Shown here piece after piece: positions 39,895-54,769 of a stretch of DNA of 64,000 nucleotides; within the stretch, counting starts at the first letter, position 1; each line of letters starts with the position of its first letter. The position numbers and the translations under genes were made by a program. The notes below the pieces were generated by a model that did not search any database, was not told the origin of the DNA, and was given only the letters and a program-made list of their open reading frames with translations. The stretch spans positions 19,530,001 through 19,594,000 of the forward strand of contig OX597837.1 of assembly GCA_951406725.2 (NCBI GenBank), read 5' to 3'. Source of the DNA: Octopus vulgaris (lineage: Eukaryota).

Positions 39895-41080
39895 CAAGCA
39901 TGATCGGAAGCTGATTGTTGAACTTCCGATAGTCAGATGCGACCTACACACGATAGCAGTTGTTCGACATAAACCAGTAAGTCAGTAATGCCCGGACACT
40001 GGATGAGTACGTGCAGAAGAATTTTGTCGCTTAACCAGAATCTCGTGCAGGCACGTCCGACGCCACTTCCGTGCATGAAGAACTTATCTTGAGCTGGTAA
40101 TGCTCCGCAGTAGAACTACCAGGGCAGAAATATCTAGAAATTATTCATGGGCCCTGAGCCGAAAGTCCTCCAAGACAGGGCAGCCTGTTGATTTTCAGTG
40201 ACGACCAGATTCTCCACGAAAAGGTCATCGCACTTGCCCAGCACTAAACCTCAATAAAATGCCAAAGTGGAACTTTACCGACCACTTTTCCAGACTGTCA
40301 GAGAGCTGTGAGCACCTGACGGCATTCTAGGTACCAGGTCTACGTGAGCACCTGACGGCATTCTAGGTACCAGGTCTACGTGAGCACCTGACGGCATTCT
40401 AGGTACCAGGTCTACGTGAGCACCTGACGGCATTCTAGGTACCAGGTCTACGTGAGCACCTGACGGCATTCTAGGTACCAGGTCTACGTGAGCACCTGAC
40501 GGCATTCTAGGTACCAGGTCTACGTTTGATTCAAGAATGCAGCTCAAAGAGACAAACCGCGGAAAAGTGAGTCTAACAAACGGTGATCGTATTTGTTCAG
40601 CATCAAGGATACACTTCAGGTGCCGCAGCCTCAACGCATGTCTGTACATCCGTTGCCAGCGCATGCCCATCCTCCATTTAGTGGGTGTTGACAACAAATC
40701 GGCGGAAGAGCCTGGTCAGACGTGATCTGGAGTAAGGTACGACGGTCAGCTGGTAATATATGACGAAAGCGATGAAAGCATTCGCCACTTCTTCCCGACC
40801 TTTCAGTAATGGCATTCTCTTGGTCAATTTCTAGATGAAATAGGCTACTCTGTTCATCACTTGGTCTCAGTTCGTATCTATATGCTGATCTGGACCAGAC
40901 CAAACCAAACTAGTGCAATTTTAATCGTCCGTCTAGCTGTTGGACGAAATGACCTACTCATTGACATTTCTCTGTTGATTTTCCATCCTTTCGCCGCCTC
41001 GCCGTCCGTTAGGGCTGCGCTGACCATCTCAATCTGCTTGGTGTCCGACCTAGCGACGGTGAAGTCAACCGCATTTTCTT
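39895..41080 (-). mobile_element. Decayed Tx1/L1-clade LINE, 3' ORF2 region
   Basis: NAVDFTV...AAKGWKINREMS (decayed YADD...ATGAKINxxKS), LLKGREEVANAFIAFVIYYQLTVVP, ICCQHPLNGG and C-terminal LHVLIQCP zinc-knuckle remnant. Confidence 0.78.
40308..40525 (+). repeat. Perfect 36 bp minisatellite, 6 copies
   Basis: Unit GTGAGCACCTGACGGCATTCTAGGTACCAGGTCTAC at 40308, 40344, 40380, 40416, 40452 and 40488; no spacers. Confidence 0.97.
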
Positions 41081-41344
41081 AGACGCTCAAACGATTCTGC
41101 AAAATTCGCCTAACAACAACAACAATCCATACTACTAAACACACAAGGCCTGAAATTTTGGTGGTGGAGGGGACTTGTTGATTACATCGACTCCAGGGTT
41201 TCACTGATACTTAATTTATGAACCCCGAAAGGATAAAAGGTAAAGACAACTTCAGTGGAATTTGAACTCAGAACGTAGCAGTAGGCGAAATACCACTAAG
41301 CATTTCGTCCAGCGTGCTAATAATTCTGCCAGCTTGCCGCCTCC

Positions 41345-41417
<73 letters not shown>

Positions 41418-41644
41418 TTAATCATTTCTACAATAAGCACAAGGTCTGAAATTTGAGAGAGGGGGATAATCGATTACATTGACCCCAGTGTTTCACTGGT
41501 ACTTAATTTATCGACCCCGAAAGGATTAAAGGCAAAGCTGACCTCGGTGGAATTTGAACTCAGAATATAACGACGGGCGAAATACCACGAAGCATTTCGT
41601 CCAGCCTGCTGACGAATTTCCGAGCTTGCCACAACAACAACAAC

Positions 41645-41697
<53 letters not shown>

Positions 41698-41698
<1 letters not shown>

Positions 41699-44640
41699 CA
41701 CTGAACAAAAAGTGTGCCGACGAGGCTCATATGGATGCAAAGATCAACTCTTAATCAATAACATGATCCTTGAGAACTGTCATGACAAACGCAGAAATCT
41801 CAGTTCTGCATGGATTGATTATAAAATGGCCTTCGACAGCATATCGCATTCATGGATCTTGAAATCGCTGGACATCTTCAAGATTTCTCTTGGGATTTCA
41901 AGTTTCCTGAAGCATAACTTGTTAATGTGGAATACGAAACACCAATTGTACCACTCTGTTTGAGTACTGACCACAAAAAATATTAATGTCAACTACGTTA
42001 TTTTCCAAGGTGACGCACTTTCACCTTTAATTTTCTACATAGTCCTAATACCCCTTACAAAAGAACAGGGTATGGATATAAAATTGGCGACCAGAAAATA
42101 AGTCATCTATTTTATATGGATGACTTAAAACTCTATGGCAAAGGCGATAATAAGCTTGAAGGACTACTACGTACTGTAAAATTTGGTCTTGATAAATATG
42201 CGGAGGCCACTTTCCAGAAAGGAAAACTGAAAACCTCACATTCAGTGGTGTTGGATGTTGACACTATCATAAAAGAATTCGAGCAGGAACAAACTTACAA
42301 ACATCTCGGAATAAATGAGGGCTCTGGCATTCAACATGCAAGTATGAACGGGATCAGGAAGCAGTGTTCCAGGAGAATTGAAGCAGTCTTAAAATCCGAG
42401 TTAAATGCACGTGTTAGATATAAATTCCTTGGCAGTTTCTGTTGTTATTTACAGTTTCAATGTGTTGAACTGGAATATGAGCGAAGTAAAGAAGATTGAC
42501 CGGAAAACCTGTAAGCTGCTGACTTGCAATAAGATGCACCACCCAAAGGCAGATGCAGATCGTCTTTACCTATCCAGAGCTCAGAGAGGTCAAGACTTGA
42601 TCCAGTTTGAAATCTCCTGCAAAAGCACCACAACTGGACTGGAAAAATATCTTGAAACATTTAACGACTGGATGCTAAAACTGTTTGAAAACCATGAAAG
42701 ATGTAAGAAGCTTCATTCTGTTATGAAGGAGAGCAAAAAAATTTTTCAAGTGAGTTTATGTATAATACCCCTGTTGGAGGCTAATGTAGTTTCGCACCTC
42801 TCCTAGAAAAGTGCATTTTTTTGAAAAAAAAATTTCAGATTCCTACGTTTTAGATGTCGGAAATTACGAATATGCAAAAAAAAAAAAGTATTAATTCCCC
42901 CCTCCCACTTCTTCTCCACCAATTAAAATTTTTGATTTTGTTTACTTTAAAGAGATCGTAGCGAAATGCAAATCGAAATTAAATGCAGGCAAAAACATTA
43001 AAGTGAAACGAATTTGCGTTTTGCTTGTGTTTGCCTTAAATAATCATAAATAATAATTTAATGTAAATTAAATTAAATATACACCATTTTATGAGAAACA
43101 AACAATGTTTAATAATTAATGTTATGAATTTCACCCCTCCCCCAATTTTAAATTTTGAACTTTTTCATCCATTTATTTATTTATCTGTTTGTCTATTTAT
43201 CCCTGTTCGTTTATTCATAAAATATATTTGTCAACCAAAAGTAGCGGTCCCATAGAAGAGGACGCGTTACTGTTATTTTTAGCCCCAGGAAGACATTCCT
43301 ATCTATCTCTTTGTAACATAATATCTATAAGCTTATTGAATTTAAAATTTTGAAAACGTGGTTTCTTGCATATTCAGAATCTCCGTCATCTAAAAACATA
43401 AGGGGAAAAATTTTTCGAAAATGTTCAAAATTTTAAAGGAGACGGGGCAGGGGTTAATTTTTTTTTGCAAATTCGTGATGTTCGACATCTAAAACACTGG
43501 AATCCGAAAAAAAGTTTTTCAAAACAATGCATTTTTCAAGGAGAGGTAGGAAACTGCATTATCCCCCACCCCAGACAGCCTGAGGGAAGTGTAGCAACTG
43601 TAATTTCAAAGAAGGTGAAACCAATAGCAAAGCAAAATGTATTTGAACGATTGGCTGATAGGTGAGAACAAAAACCTCTTTATGGCAAATATGTGGCCTG
43701 TAGCAAACAAGCAGATGTAGATCAGAAGCATACCCATCAGTGGCTACGGAGCTCAGGTTTAATGCAGAGAGTGAAGACTTTATCTTGGCTGTCCAAGATC
43801 AGAGCTTATTGACACGGAACTATCAAGCCAAAAATGGTGTAGACCCAAAGTGCCGACACTACAACGATGGGATAAAAACAGTACACCACCTAATCTTTGG
43901 ATGTAAGGTTTTAGCACCTGTAGAGTACAAATCAAAACATGACAGAGTTGGCCAATATCTACATTGGATAATGTGACGGCTTTATAAAATCAAGACTGCT
44001 AACAAATGGTATAAGCACCACCCTGAGGCTGTAACTGAGGGAGAAAATGTAACTATTCTTTGGGACTTCCCTGTACGTATATATCGGACCACCAAGGAAA
44101 ACAAACCAGATATTATTGTGAAAGACAAAAGCGATAAAGTCTGTTTATTGATTGACATGAGCATACATTGCGACCATAATATCTTGGCAAAAGAATTTGA
44201 TAAGCTCAGAAAATAAAGACTTGCTAATCGAAATCGAAAAAAATGTGGCATATCAAGACGGTTACAATACCACTGATTATAGGAGCACTTGGAATGATAA
44301 AAAAAGGATGTGAAAATTATCTAAGAATGATCCCTGCTAACAGATATCATTCTTAGATAATTAACATTCATGCAGGAAGTGCAAAAGTTTGTCTTTACTG
44401 GTACGTCACACGTATTGATAAGAGCATTGTCGCTGTGAATTTTCTTTACTTTTCCCTCTTTATTTCATTTGTTTACTTTTCTACTTTTTATTTTTTCCTT
44501 TTTCTCTATCACATGACTCTATAAATGAACAATCTGGTGTGCTTGTTTTAATGGCCTACCAATGTATACTGTACGTTTCTCTACCCTAGGTATGAGGAAG
44601 ATACTCGGCAAGAAATAGAAACAGAATTGAAAGAAGATGC
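41698..44640 (+). mobile_element. 5'-truncated R4/Dong-clade non-LTR retrotransposon (RT + restriction-like endonuclease) in (TAA)n
   Basis: GCKDQLLIN, AWIDYKMAFDSISHSW, HLFYMDDLKLYG, HPKADADRLYL, ILAVQDQSLLTRNY, KCRH...TVHHLIFGC, HDRV, ILWDF, KPDIIV...LLIDMSI; bounded by (AAT)n on both sides; stops and frameshifts. Confidence 0.92.
42775..43568. mobile_element. Non-autonomous DNA transposon (about 125 bp imperfect TIRs) nested in the Dong LINE
   Basis: TGGAGGCTAATGTAGTTTCGCACCTCTCCT versus AGGAGAGGTAGGAAACTGCATTATCCCCCA; flanks CCCCTGT / CCCCAGA; LINE reading frame (IIP|RQPEGS) rejoins when the insert is removed. Confidence 0.85.
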
Positions 44641-44656
44641 TAATAATAATAATAAT

Positions 44657-44730
<74 letters not shown>

Positions 44731-44731
<1 letters not shown>

Positions 44732-45325
44732 TCGCTTGTCAGTTGTCTGACCTTAACCAGTTGTGCATGTGTGATCTGATGCAGTACCAGACAGTTCCTC
44801 TCATGGCTTCTGATCTTAACTGACTGGAAGTGTTATCGTATACATTGTTTTGTCTTGGTACAAAAGATGGTCTACAGCAAACATTCTGCTCAATACCACA
44901 GATTTGCTCGTCATTTTCTTTGACCCTAACCAGTTGAGCATGACCCTTAATAGCTGACGCTATGTGTATCTCTGATCAGGGGCAGAAATAGAGGGGGAGC
45001 ATCATAGCCATGTGTTGAGAGGGATTCTTTTGAGTTAGGATGATTCACCTTTGGAAACACTGGTGTCTCGTTCAACATCCTTAACAAGCCTTATTCAGGG
45101 ACCTCTTGAGTGGGATGGGCAACTCAACCTGAAGAAAATCCTAACTGGGCTCCCCCTTTCACGGCCATGTGCTGTTTATTTTGATATGAAATCATGTCAC
45201 CCACATATGGTCGTGATGCATGTGCCTGATGTACCCTAATCAGACGGGTAGTCCTAATGGATATACTGGCTTTGTATATTTCAACCCAGTGTTACTTTCA
45301 TGGCATTCGCGGCTCTCTCATTCCA
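44731..45325. mobile_element. Unclassified non-coding element bounded by (AAT)n on both sides
   Basis: About 590 bp island between two (AAT)n tracts; internal duplication TGACCTTAACCAGTTGTGCATG / TGACCCTAACCAGTTGAGCATG. Confidence 0.5.
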
Positions 45326-45345
45326 TAGTAATAATAATGATGATG

Positions 45346-45411
<66 letters not shown>

Positions 45412-45676
45412 GTTTCAAATTTTGCCACAAGGGCAAGAATTTTATGTGAGGGAATGAGTCGGTCACATCGACACCAGTGTTCAATTGGTACTTATTTTAT
45501 CGACCCCGGAAAGATGAAAGTTAAAGTCGACCTTGGCGGAATTTGAACTTAGAATGTAGCGACGGTCGAAATACCGCTAAGCATTTCGTCCACCGTGCAA
45601 ACGATTCTGCCAGCTCGCCACCTTCAATAATAATGATAACAAGAACAAGAACAAGAAGAAGAAGAACAACAACAAC

Positions 45677-46126
<450 letters not shown>

Positions 46127-46706
46127 TAGGATATTGAACGAACTTTATCTTGAACCTAAGTACAGTGTATTTTCTCTTCTATCGATTGTCTCAGAAAAGT
46201 TCTTTGAACAATCAACTTCCGATCATTTCCGGCAATTTCCGTTAGTTCATATCGTCTCCGTCTGACTGGAACTTAGTTAACCGCTTTATACATATAAAAA
46301 TACAAAAATCAAAAACAAAAAGAAAATAAAGAAAATGGAAAAAAAGGAAAAACCAAAAAGCCAAAAACAAATTGCTGCTATTAATAACTTATCTCAGTTC
46401 GCACACTCAAAAAAATTCTGCGTTTACGTCCACCATTCATCCACACCCCCACGCACACATACATACATACATACGTACACTCATACGTACAAAGATTCAC
46501 TGTCAATGCTTTGGTTCACTCAGTCTGCGTTAATATCATTAATTGCCAATCGTTTTGAATAGAGTGCAGTGATCACCTCTACTTATGTACAGCAAAGGAT
46601 TTTTTCAGGTGGAAGACAATATCATACACTGAGACATCATATTGCGTTTCTTGTAGTAGTGGATCTTGCTTGAAAAGTCTCAGGTGATCGTGGGGTGGAG
46701 TTGGAG

Positions 46707-46753
<47 letters not shown>

Positions 46754-46754
<1 letters not shown>

Positions 46755-47152
46755 CTTTTACTTGTTTCAGTCATTTGACTGCGGCCATGCTGGAGCACCG
46801 CCTTTAGTCGACCAAATCAACCCCGGGACTTATTCTTTGTAAGCCCAGTACTTATTCTATCGGTCTCTTTTGCCGAACCGCTAAGTGACGGGGACGAAAC
46901 ACACCACCATCGGTTGTCAAGCAATGCTAGGGGGACAAACACAGACACACAAACATATATACACACATACATATATATATACATATATACGACAGACATC
47001 TTTCAGTTTCCGTCTACAAAATCCACTCACAAGGCATTGGTCGGCCCGGGGCTATAGCAGAAGGTACTTGCCCAAGATGCCACGCAGTGGGACTGAACCC
47101 GGAACCATGTGGTTGATAAGCAAGCTAGTTACCACACAGCCACTCCTGCGCC

Positions 47153-47153
<1 letters not shown>
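46754..47153 (-). mobile_element. SINE family B, full-length reference copy
   Basis: Minus strand AGGCGCAGGAGTGGCTGTGTGGTAAC (A box), GGTTCAGTCCC (B box), GGCATCTTGGGCAAGT (CORE-like), tail GAAACAAGTAAAAGA. Confidence 0.9.
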
Positions 47154-47247
<94 letters not shown>

Positions 47248-47278
47248 AAGACATTAATAAACTACAAAATTAAATAAA

Positions 47279-47545
47279 ATAAAAAATAATAAATGAGCCC
47301 TTTTAAAACCTAGCCAGGCTCATGGACCCGGTAACTCGGTTTCCATGGCGTATGTGTTCGCCAGCTGGATGGGACACCAGTCCATCGCAGCGTTACTCAT
47401 TTTTGTCAGCTGAGTGGACTGGAGCAACGGGAAATGAAGTGTTTTGCTCAGTAAAGAACACAGCGCGTCGCCCGGTCCAGGAATCGAAACCACAATCTTA
47501 CGATCATGATGCTGACGCCCTAACAACTAAGCCACACGCCTTCAC
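47279..47545 (-). mobile_element. tRNA-derived SINE with CORE-like and V-like domains, 15 bp TSD
   Basis: Head GAAGGCGTGTGGCTTAGTTGTTAG...TTTCGATTCC; V-like CTGCGATGGACTGGTGTCCCATCCAG; TSD ACAAAATTAAATAAA at 47264-47278 and 47546-47560. Confidence 0.88.
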
Positions 47546-48420
47546 ACAAAATTAAATAAACGACACTTAATCGGTCTGTATTACTGTCACTTCATCTGGC
47601 TCCAATGGCATGAGTCGGCGGATGATTAATTAACCGTCTGTCAAACACGATTTTAATAGGAGTTAATATAGCTTGAAATTAGGGCAGCGAGCTGGCAGAA
47701 TCGTTAACACTTCGGACAAAATACTTAGTGGCATTTCGTCAGTATTTACGTTCTGAGTTCAAATTCCGCTGAGGTCGACTTTGCTTCTCATCCTTTGGGT
47801 GTATGGTGGTGGGGGAGCGACAAAATAAGTACGAGTTAAGCTCTGGGGGCGATCTAATCGACTTAACTCCACGCCTTCCCCTGAAATATCTGCTCTTGTG
47901 CCGAAATTTGAAACCAATATAATTTCAAATACCTGGCTTTAACATACATAAACTGCATCATCGATGGTTGATCGTGCAGCTTTAAAGAAGTGACAAAATC
48001 TTTAAAGAAGGGTAAAGAAGATCTCGAAAGTTCTGACTAAGTGGTTTGTAGGATCACAAATTAACCAGCAATTAAATATGCATCTTTAATAGATGTATGT
48101 ATGATTTTAAAGTCTCGATTATAATATATATAAGCAAAATCAATGAGAGTTGGTCAAAACTTTAGACTCTAAAGCCGTTGTTCTCAATCGAGGTCTATAT
48201 GGCCCTTGCGAGTCCGTAGAAGATTTCGTTCTTAAAACTTATACACAATAAATTGGTTATTCTTCTACTATACACAAAATATTTTAACAAATTTTTTGTA
48301 CAGTTCTTACTAATATTCAATTATAAATATTCAACAAGGTTTCTTGTAGACATCGAATGGCCATGGGGATCCACCCAAGTAAATTAAGAATCAAAGGCAT
48401 CCATAAGTACGAAATGGTTA

Positions 48421-48632
48421 CTCTTTTACTTGCTTCAGTCATTTCATTGCGGCCATGCTGGAGCACTGCCTTTAGTCGAGCAAATTGACCCCAGGACTTA
48501 TTCTTTGTAAGTTTAGTACTTATTCTATCGGTCTCTTTTGCCGAACCGCTAAGTTACGAGAACGTAAACACACCAGCATCAGTTGTCAAGCGATGTTAGG
48601 GGAACAAACACAGACACACAAACATATACACT

Positions 48633-48687
<55 letters not shown>

Positions 48688-48852
48688 ACGATGGGCTTCT
48701 TTCAGTTTCCGTCTACCAAATCCATTCACAAGGTTTTGGTCGGCCCGAGGCTATAGTAGAAGGCACTTACCCAAGGTGCCACGCAATGGGAATGAATCCG
48801 GAACCATGTGGTTGGGAAGCAAGCTACTTACTACACAGCCACTCCTGCGCCT
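48421..48852 (-). mobile_element. SINE family B, full-length copy
   Basis: High similarity to 46754-47153, with internal (TA)n. Confidence 0.9.
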
Positions 48853-51062
48853 ATGTTTGAGAAACATTCCTCTAAAGGAAGTTAATTCTAAGTCGAAAGT
48901 TTTGATTGAGCGGAGTATAAGATGCACATTAGGTGTCAGTTAAACAAACTGCTTTAATAAAGTTGCACATGACTTCAGACCTTGAATATCATTGCTAAGG
49001 CGGCAAGCAGGCAGAATCGTTACCATGTCGAGCAACATGCTAAGGGACATTTCATTTGTCTATGATAGGGAACCCCGCTGAACGATTGCCTTTCATCCCT
49101 TCGGGGTCGATAAGATAAAGTACCAATAAAATACTGAGGTTGAAATAATCGATTTGCCTCACTCTACACAAAATTGCTAGCTTTGAACCCTCGAAAGCCC
49201 CTTTTCAGAAGGATCGTTGGTCATGCTATGGACAGCAGCCTTATGAACTCTGGGGCTCAGCGAAAAGAATTGGTGGAATTCTGATTTAAGCAACTTAAAA
49301 AAAAATTGGTGGGGAATTTCCAGAAAATATTGCGAATTTGTGCTCTGCACTCGAGAATTCATATAATTATGCAAAAAAGACTTGTGTGTGTGTACAAAGA
49401 CTCGAATTTGGCAGAGGGTCTTAGCCTCTTCCAAATTCGATTACAGTACATGACTTATACTGTATTAAAATCGAGCCTGGAAGGATGCAGTTTTGGTTTC
49501 AGTAGGATTTGAATTCAGATTGTTAAGAATTGTAATTAAAAACCGCAGAGATATTTAACCGACACTTTGACGACTGTGCCAAATCACCGCCATAGACGTT
49601 GGTGGACTTAATAATGAATTTTTATAATTAGGTTGTTGTGTTTTTGTAGAGGTTTAGACCGAGGTAGACTCCAGGTGAACAGACTTATAATTGAAGTCGA
49701 ATAGTCTTATCGTATAGCCAGGACAGGACTTAGGTAGTTCTTTCCATCTATTTTTAAGTCCGAAAAATATGATTTGAGAGAAATTTGGCTGCTATAGGTG
49801 GCAGGTCAGCCGAACATTAAAAGGACCCCTTGTTAGCTCATTATAGTAGTACTGATGGAAATGCTTATATATATATATATATATAAACGATGGGATTCCA
49901 TGCAGTTTCCATCAAACAACTTCACTTGGTCCTTTTTGCTGAACCGCTTAGTTAACAGAATGTAAACAAACCAACACAGGTTGTCAAGCAGTGGGTGGAA
50001 CAGAGCCACAAAGACACACACACACAGACACACACACACACACACACAGACACACACACACACATACACACACAGAAAGAAATATACACATGACTACGGG
50101 CTTCCACGCAGTTTCCATCTATCAAATTCTCTCACAAGGCATTGGTCGTCCTGGTGTTACTACAACAAAAGAAGAGACTTGCGCAAGGACCTAAACCCGA
50201 AACCTTGCGCTTGCAGAGCGAGCTTCTTAACCATATGGCCATGGATTCACCTGTGATAAGCAAAATGACTTAACCTCTACAAATCCAGATCTTCGTTATC
50301 CATGAGCTCAGTCGTACCTCTCGGCTCGCTTCCTTATTGGGTTGAGAAAGAGATTCAGCCACTGAGCTGTTGATTTTCAGGTTTTATTTTGTGGTTGCAC
50401 CGTCAATAGCAACTGAACTCTGCATCACTTTACCTTTCTACTAAGTAATACAAAGATGCAACTGTCAGTAAACAACATTTCTCTCATAACATATACCTGA
50501 TGTTGGTCTTAGATTTGACATATGATACCTGAAACACCGCGCACCTTAAATCCACACATTGATATGCAAATATACACGTGTACAAGTATACACGGATACA
50601 AGAATATAAGTATTCAAGAACACTGGAGTTTAGGTATATAAGAATACATGTATGCAAACAGATTTGACGAACACACCTTAAACCTATACACTTATATGCA
50701 AGTATACACGTGTACATGTATACATGAATACAAGAATATAGGTATTCAAGAATACAAGAATATTATAGGTATACAAGAATACAAGAATGCAAGTTTACAT
50801 ACATAGATACACGCAAATGCTAGTCCTCGCATAGAGTTAGTCGTACGTATATGTCTCGTCGTATAAACACATACATGCAAACACATTCCGAAATGCACAC
50901 GCAAACACACATACACCAAAACTATTAAGAAATACATATTCTTCCAAACACACACACGCACGCACACACGCACACACACATACACTCACAAACACACAGA
51001 AAAAGATACCCACATACACATAAATACGCATGCATGCATACACACATTTTACATGCATACGC

Positions 51063-51209
<147 letters not shown>

Positions 51210-51326
51210 CCTAGATTTAGTCAGGCAAGTGCATATAGCTGCCTAGCAAACAAACACTATTTCATTTTATACGCAAATTCATGCATTCCTATAATCCTAT
51301 TTATATACATGTATACGTGCATACAA

Positions 51327-51361
<35 letters not shown>

Positions 51362-52568
51362 TACACACACACACACACACATACATACACACACACACAC
51401 CATACGTACACGCACGCACGCTCACACACGCGCGCACACATTATAGAATCATATACACGGACCGACACATATATATTCGTATCCGCGGACAACCACTGAC
51501 ACATTCACACGCTCTCCAAATCCTTATTACAGTCTGGCGTGATCATACGCCTCACCACTTAAGCTAACATAGAGACATATATTATTCTATTGCATATACC
51601 AAAGCACGCATACGCAAAACCCTAATGAGAATTGCATGAGATTCATGTAATGTATGTGAGATTCATTCGGACATAAATCCTTACCTATGCACAAATACGC
51701 GTACATATATGTATACTTACACACACACACACACATTTATAAATAGTCGTGATGGTGTGTATAGATCACCATACAAATGCATGTAGAAATACATGTTTGT
51801 CAACGACATACACAAACGTACACATACGTGAAAGCTTATTCAGAAATACATACATACATACATACATACACACATACATACATACATACATACATACATA
51901 CATACATACATACATACATACATACATACATACATACATACATACACACACATGTGTGTGTGTGTATTTATGTATGTATTTCACATACATACGCATCAGC
52001 AAATTCGTATATACACACAAATGCATGGACATAAGCACACAAACATACACACGCACACATACACACACACGTTTATACTAGAAGAACAAAACAATGATGA
52101 GGTCTATTATAGGCAATTTTCTTGATAATTTTCGTATATTACACCCTGGGGGTGAGCCATTTGTCCATGGAATATAGTTTCTGCCTAGCGCATCTAAGAT
52201 GGCGTCAACGTCAATGATTTTCCAGCGCTCAATAAACGAAGCGCTCTATTTTGATCTGAAGCAATATTTTTTTTTCAAAGCATCCCTTAATATATTTACA
52301 TATTGCTTATACATTTTCCCTAGTAAGTATTGTCTTTCAGTGGAAAGAGCAATAATAATAATGACAACAACAGCAACAACGACATCTATAACAACATTAT
52401 TAACAATAGTGACACCAACAACAACAGCGACAGCATTTTTTCTGCAGAAATATCAAAACACACATTGTAAGATTGTACGTAGCAAAATAAGGAGTATCAG
52501 TAATGGCGACGTTGTTGTCATTAATACAAAGAGCCAGACTTGGGTGAGGTGGAAGTAGTCGAACATAA

Positions 52569-52610
<42 letters not shown>

Positions 52611-53645
52611 AAATCCGTTCTGACTGTCTGTATGTGTTCCTTCTAGGATCTCGGGCATCCTCCATCCGATTGCGCTAAAATTTGATATGTAGATACAGAC
52701 GATATCAGGGCGTGTATAAGTCCTGAAAAAATTACAAAAATCGATTCCTGGTGAGAATGCGATCGATAAAGACGTTTTTCTTTGGAATAGAAAAAAAGTC
52801 TATTTTTATTTCTTCTTTTGCTGGTATCTCAAATTTAGGTTAAGTCAGTGTTTCTCAAAGGGGAAGCGTATGGGACGGTCGGATAAGTTGTTTTGAGAAA
52901 ATTTGGTTTAAATATTTGACAACTCAGTACCTTCCATTGGACGGGTGGGGGCGTTTTGCTCATATACGTATATATAACTTCTTAGATTGTCTTAAGGAAT
53001 ACAAGTGTTAGGGGAGGGACAAACATGCGATCGTTGTATGGCATCATTGTATGACTGGTACTTATTTGGTACCTGACAAGGAAGAACATTATCGCATAAC
53101 ATAATGTGGCGAAATACAAGAGTGCGAGGCACATAGAACTGGTGTTCTACTGATTTCTCCGGAATATCCTTAATAATGATTTTCCAGGCGATGACAAAGC
53201 GAGAAAAGGATCAGAGTGTTTTAATCTTTTTTTTTTTTTTTTGCCTATTTTATCAACTCCTAGACAATTTATTCTTATTTAGGTACAAGGCTAATAATCA
53301 TCTTTTAGCGACACCGAAAGAATGAAGGGCAAAGTTTACCTCGGTGGAATATGAACTAAGAACGTAAAGAGCAGGCAGAGATATCAAATTAAGTCTACGT
53401 ATACCCAACATAAGCAACGATACTATTATTTGCTTTGGATCACTAGAGTATATATGACTCAACTGTACCCTTGTATGATAAATAGGGTTCACAATTTCGA
53501 ACAGAGGCAAAATAGTTTTCCGAAATACACCGCACAAGTAAAATTTCAACTGGAAATCAAACAACGAAATTAAATTCCTTGGTCAGAGATAGTAAAATCA
53601 AACTTTTGAGGACAATACACAAGCTAAAACTAAAAGAGGCCCGTC

Positions 53646-53720
<75 letters not shown>

Positions 53721-53992
53721 AAATAAGAAAATGGAGAAATACATCGAAATCAAATATCAATTACCAGATAATACTCAATCACATACTGTATTAAACCACT
53801 ACATAAGAAACTATAAGGTTAAACATAATAATGCAGTGTACATGAAGGAGTGTACATAAAATAGTAATGTTATACAATAAGTAGAATACGTATAATAGAA
53901 CATAATAGAACATATAAGTACACATAAATATAAATATAGACTATATCTTACAGCTGTTTCGGCCATGTAGATAAGCATGTCTCATTCAACTC

Positions 53993-54106
<114 letters not shown>

Positions 54107-54459
54107 TAGATATAGATATAGATATACTATTTATAGTCATACTCAAATAACCTAGACAGTTTCTCACTTTTGGGGCTTACATTGTGAGTGAATTTGGTAG
54201 ACGGAAACTGAAAACGTCCGTCTTCTATAGAAGATTTCCTGAAATATCAGGTAAAAGTACTAAGCACTGACCTGTATTATTACTCTTTTTTAACTTGTAT
54301 ATTTTGGAGTTAAAAAGCGCACACATACATAAATGTATGTGTGTTTGTGGATGTGTGTTTCTGTCCATGTTTGTCCTCCACCACCGCTTGATGACTTGTG
54401 TTGGCTTTTTTACGTTCCCCCAATTCAGTGGTTCGGCAAAGGAGAGTGAAAGAATAAGT

Positions 54460-54769
54460 TTTTGTTTCCTTCTCGAGCCACGCCTGGCACATTAGGGCCG
54501 GTTTCTCGGTTTCCCTGACCGGTTTCTCGGTTTCCCCCTCCTGAACGGGACGCCAGTCCGTCGCAGGTGAACTGCAAGATGTAAGAGAAAAGAAAGAGAG
54601 CAAGTTGTGGCGAAAGAGGCAGCAGAAGTTCGCCATTACCTTGTGCCGGCGCCGCGTGGAGCGTAGGTGTTTCGCTCATAAACATACAAATCACCCGGTC
54701 TGAGATTCGAACCCGCGATCCCTCAACCGCGAGTCCGCTGCTCTAACCACTAGGTCATGTGCCTCCAGT
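54460..54769 (-). mobile_element. tRNA-derived V-domain-like SINE nested in a family B SINE
   Basis: Head TGGAGGCACATGACCTAGTGGTTAG...GGGTTCGAATCTC; CCTGCGACGGACTGGCGTCCCGTTCAGG; TSD AAAGAATAAGT at 54449-54459 and 54770-54780; host SINE continues on both sides. Confidence 0.88.

Noticed and set aside
40308-40525. CRISPR-like 36 bp repeats, or a repeat protein (VDLVPRMPSGAH)n
   Set aside because: No spacers; a tandem expansion inside a dead LINE that is in frame only because 36 is divisible by 3.
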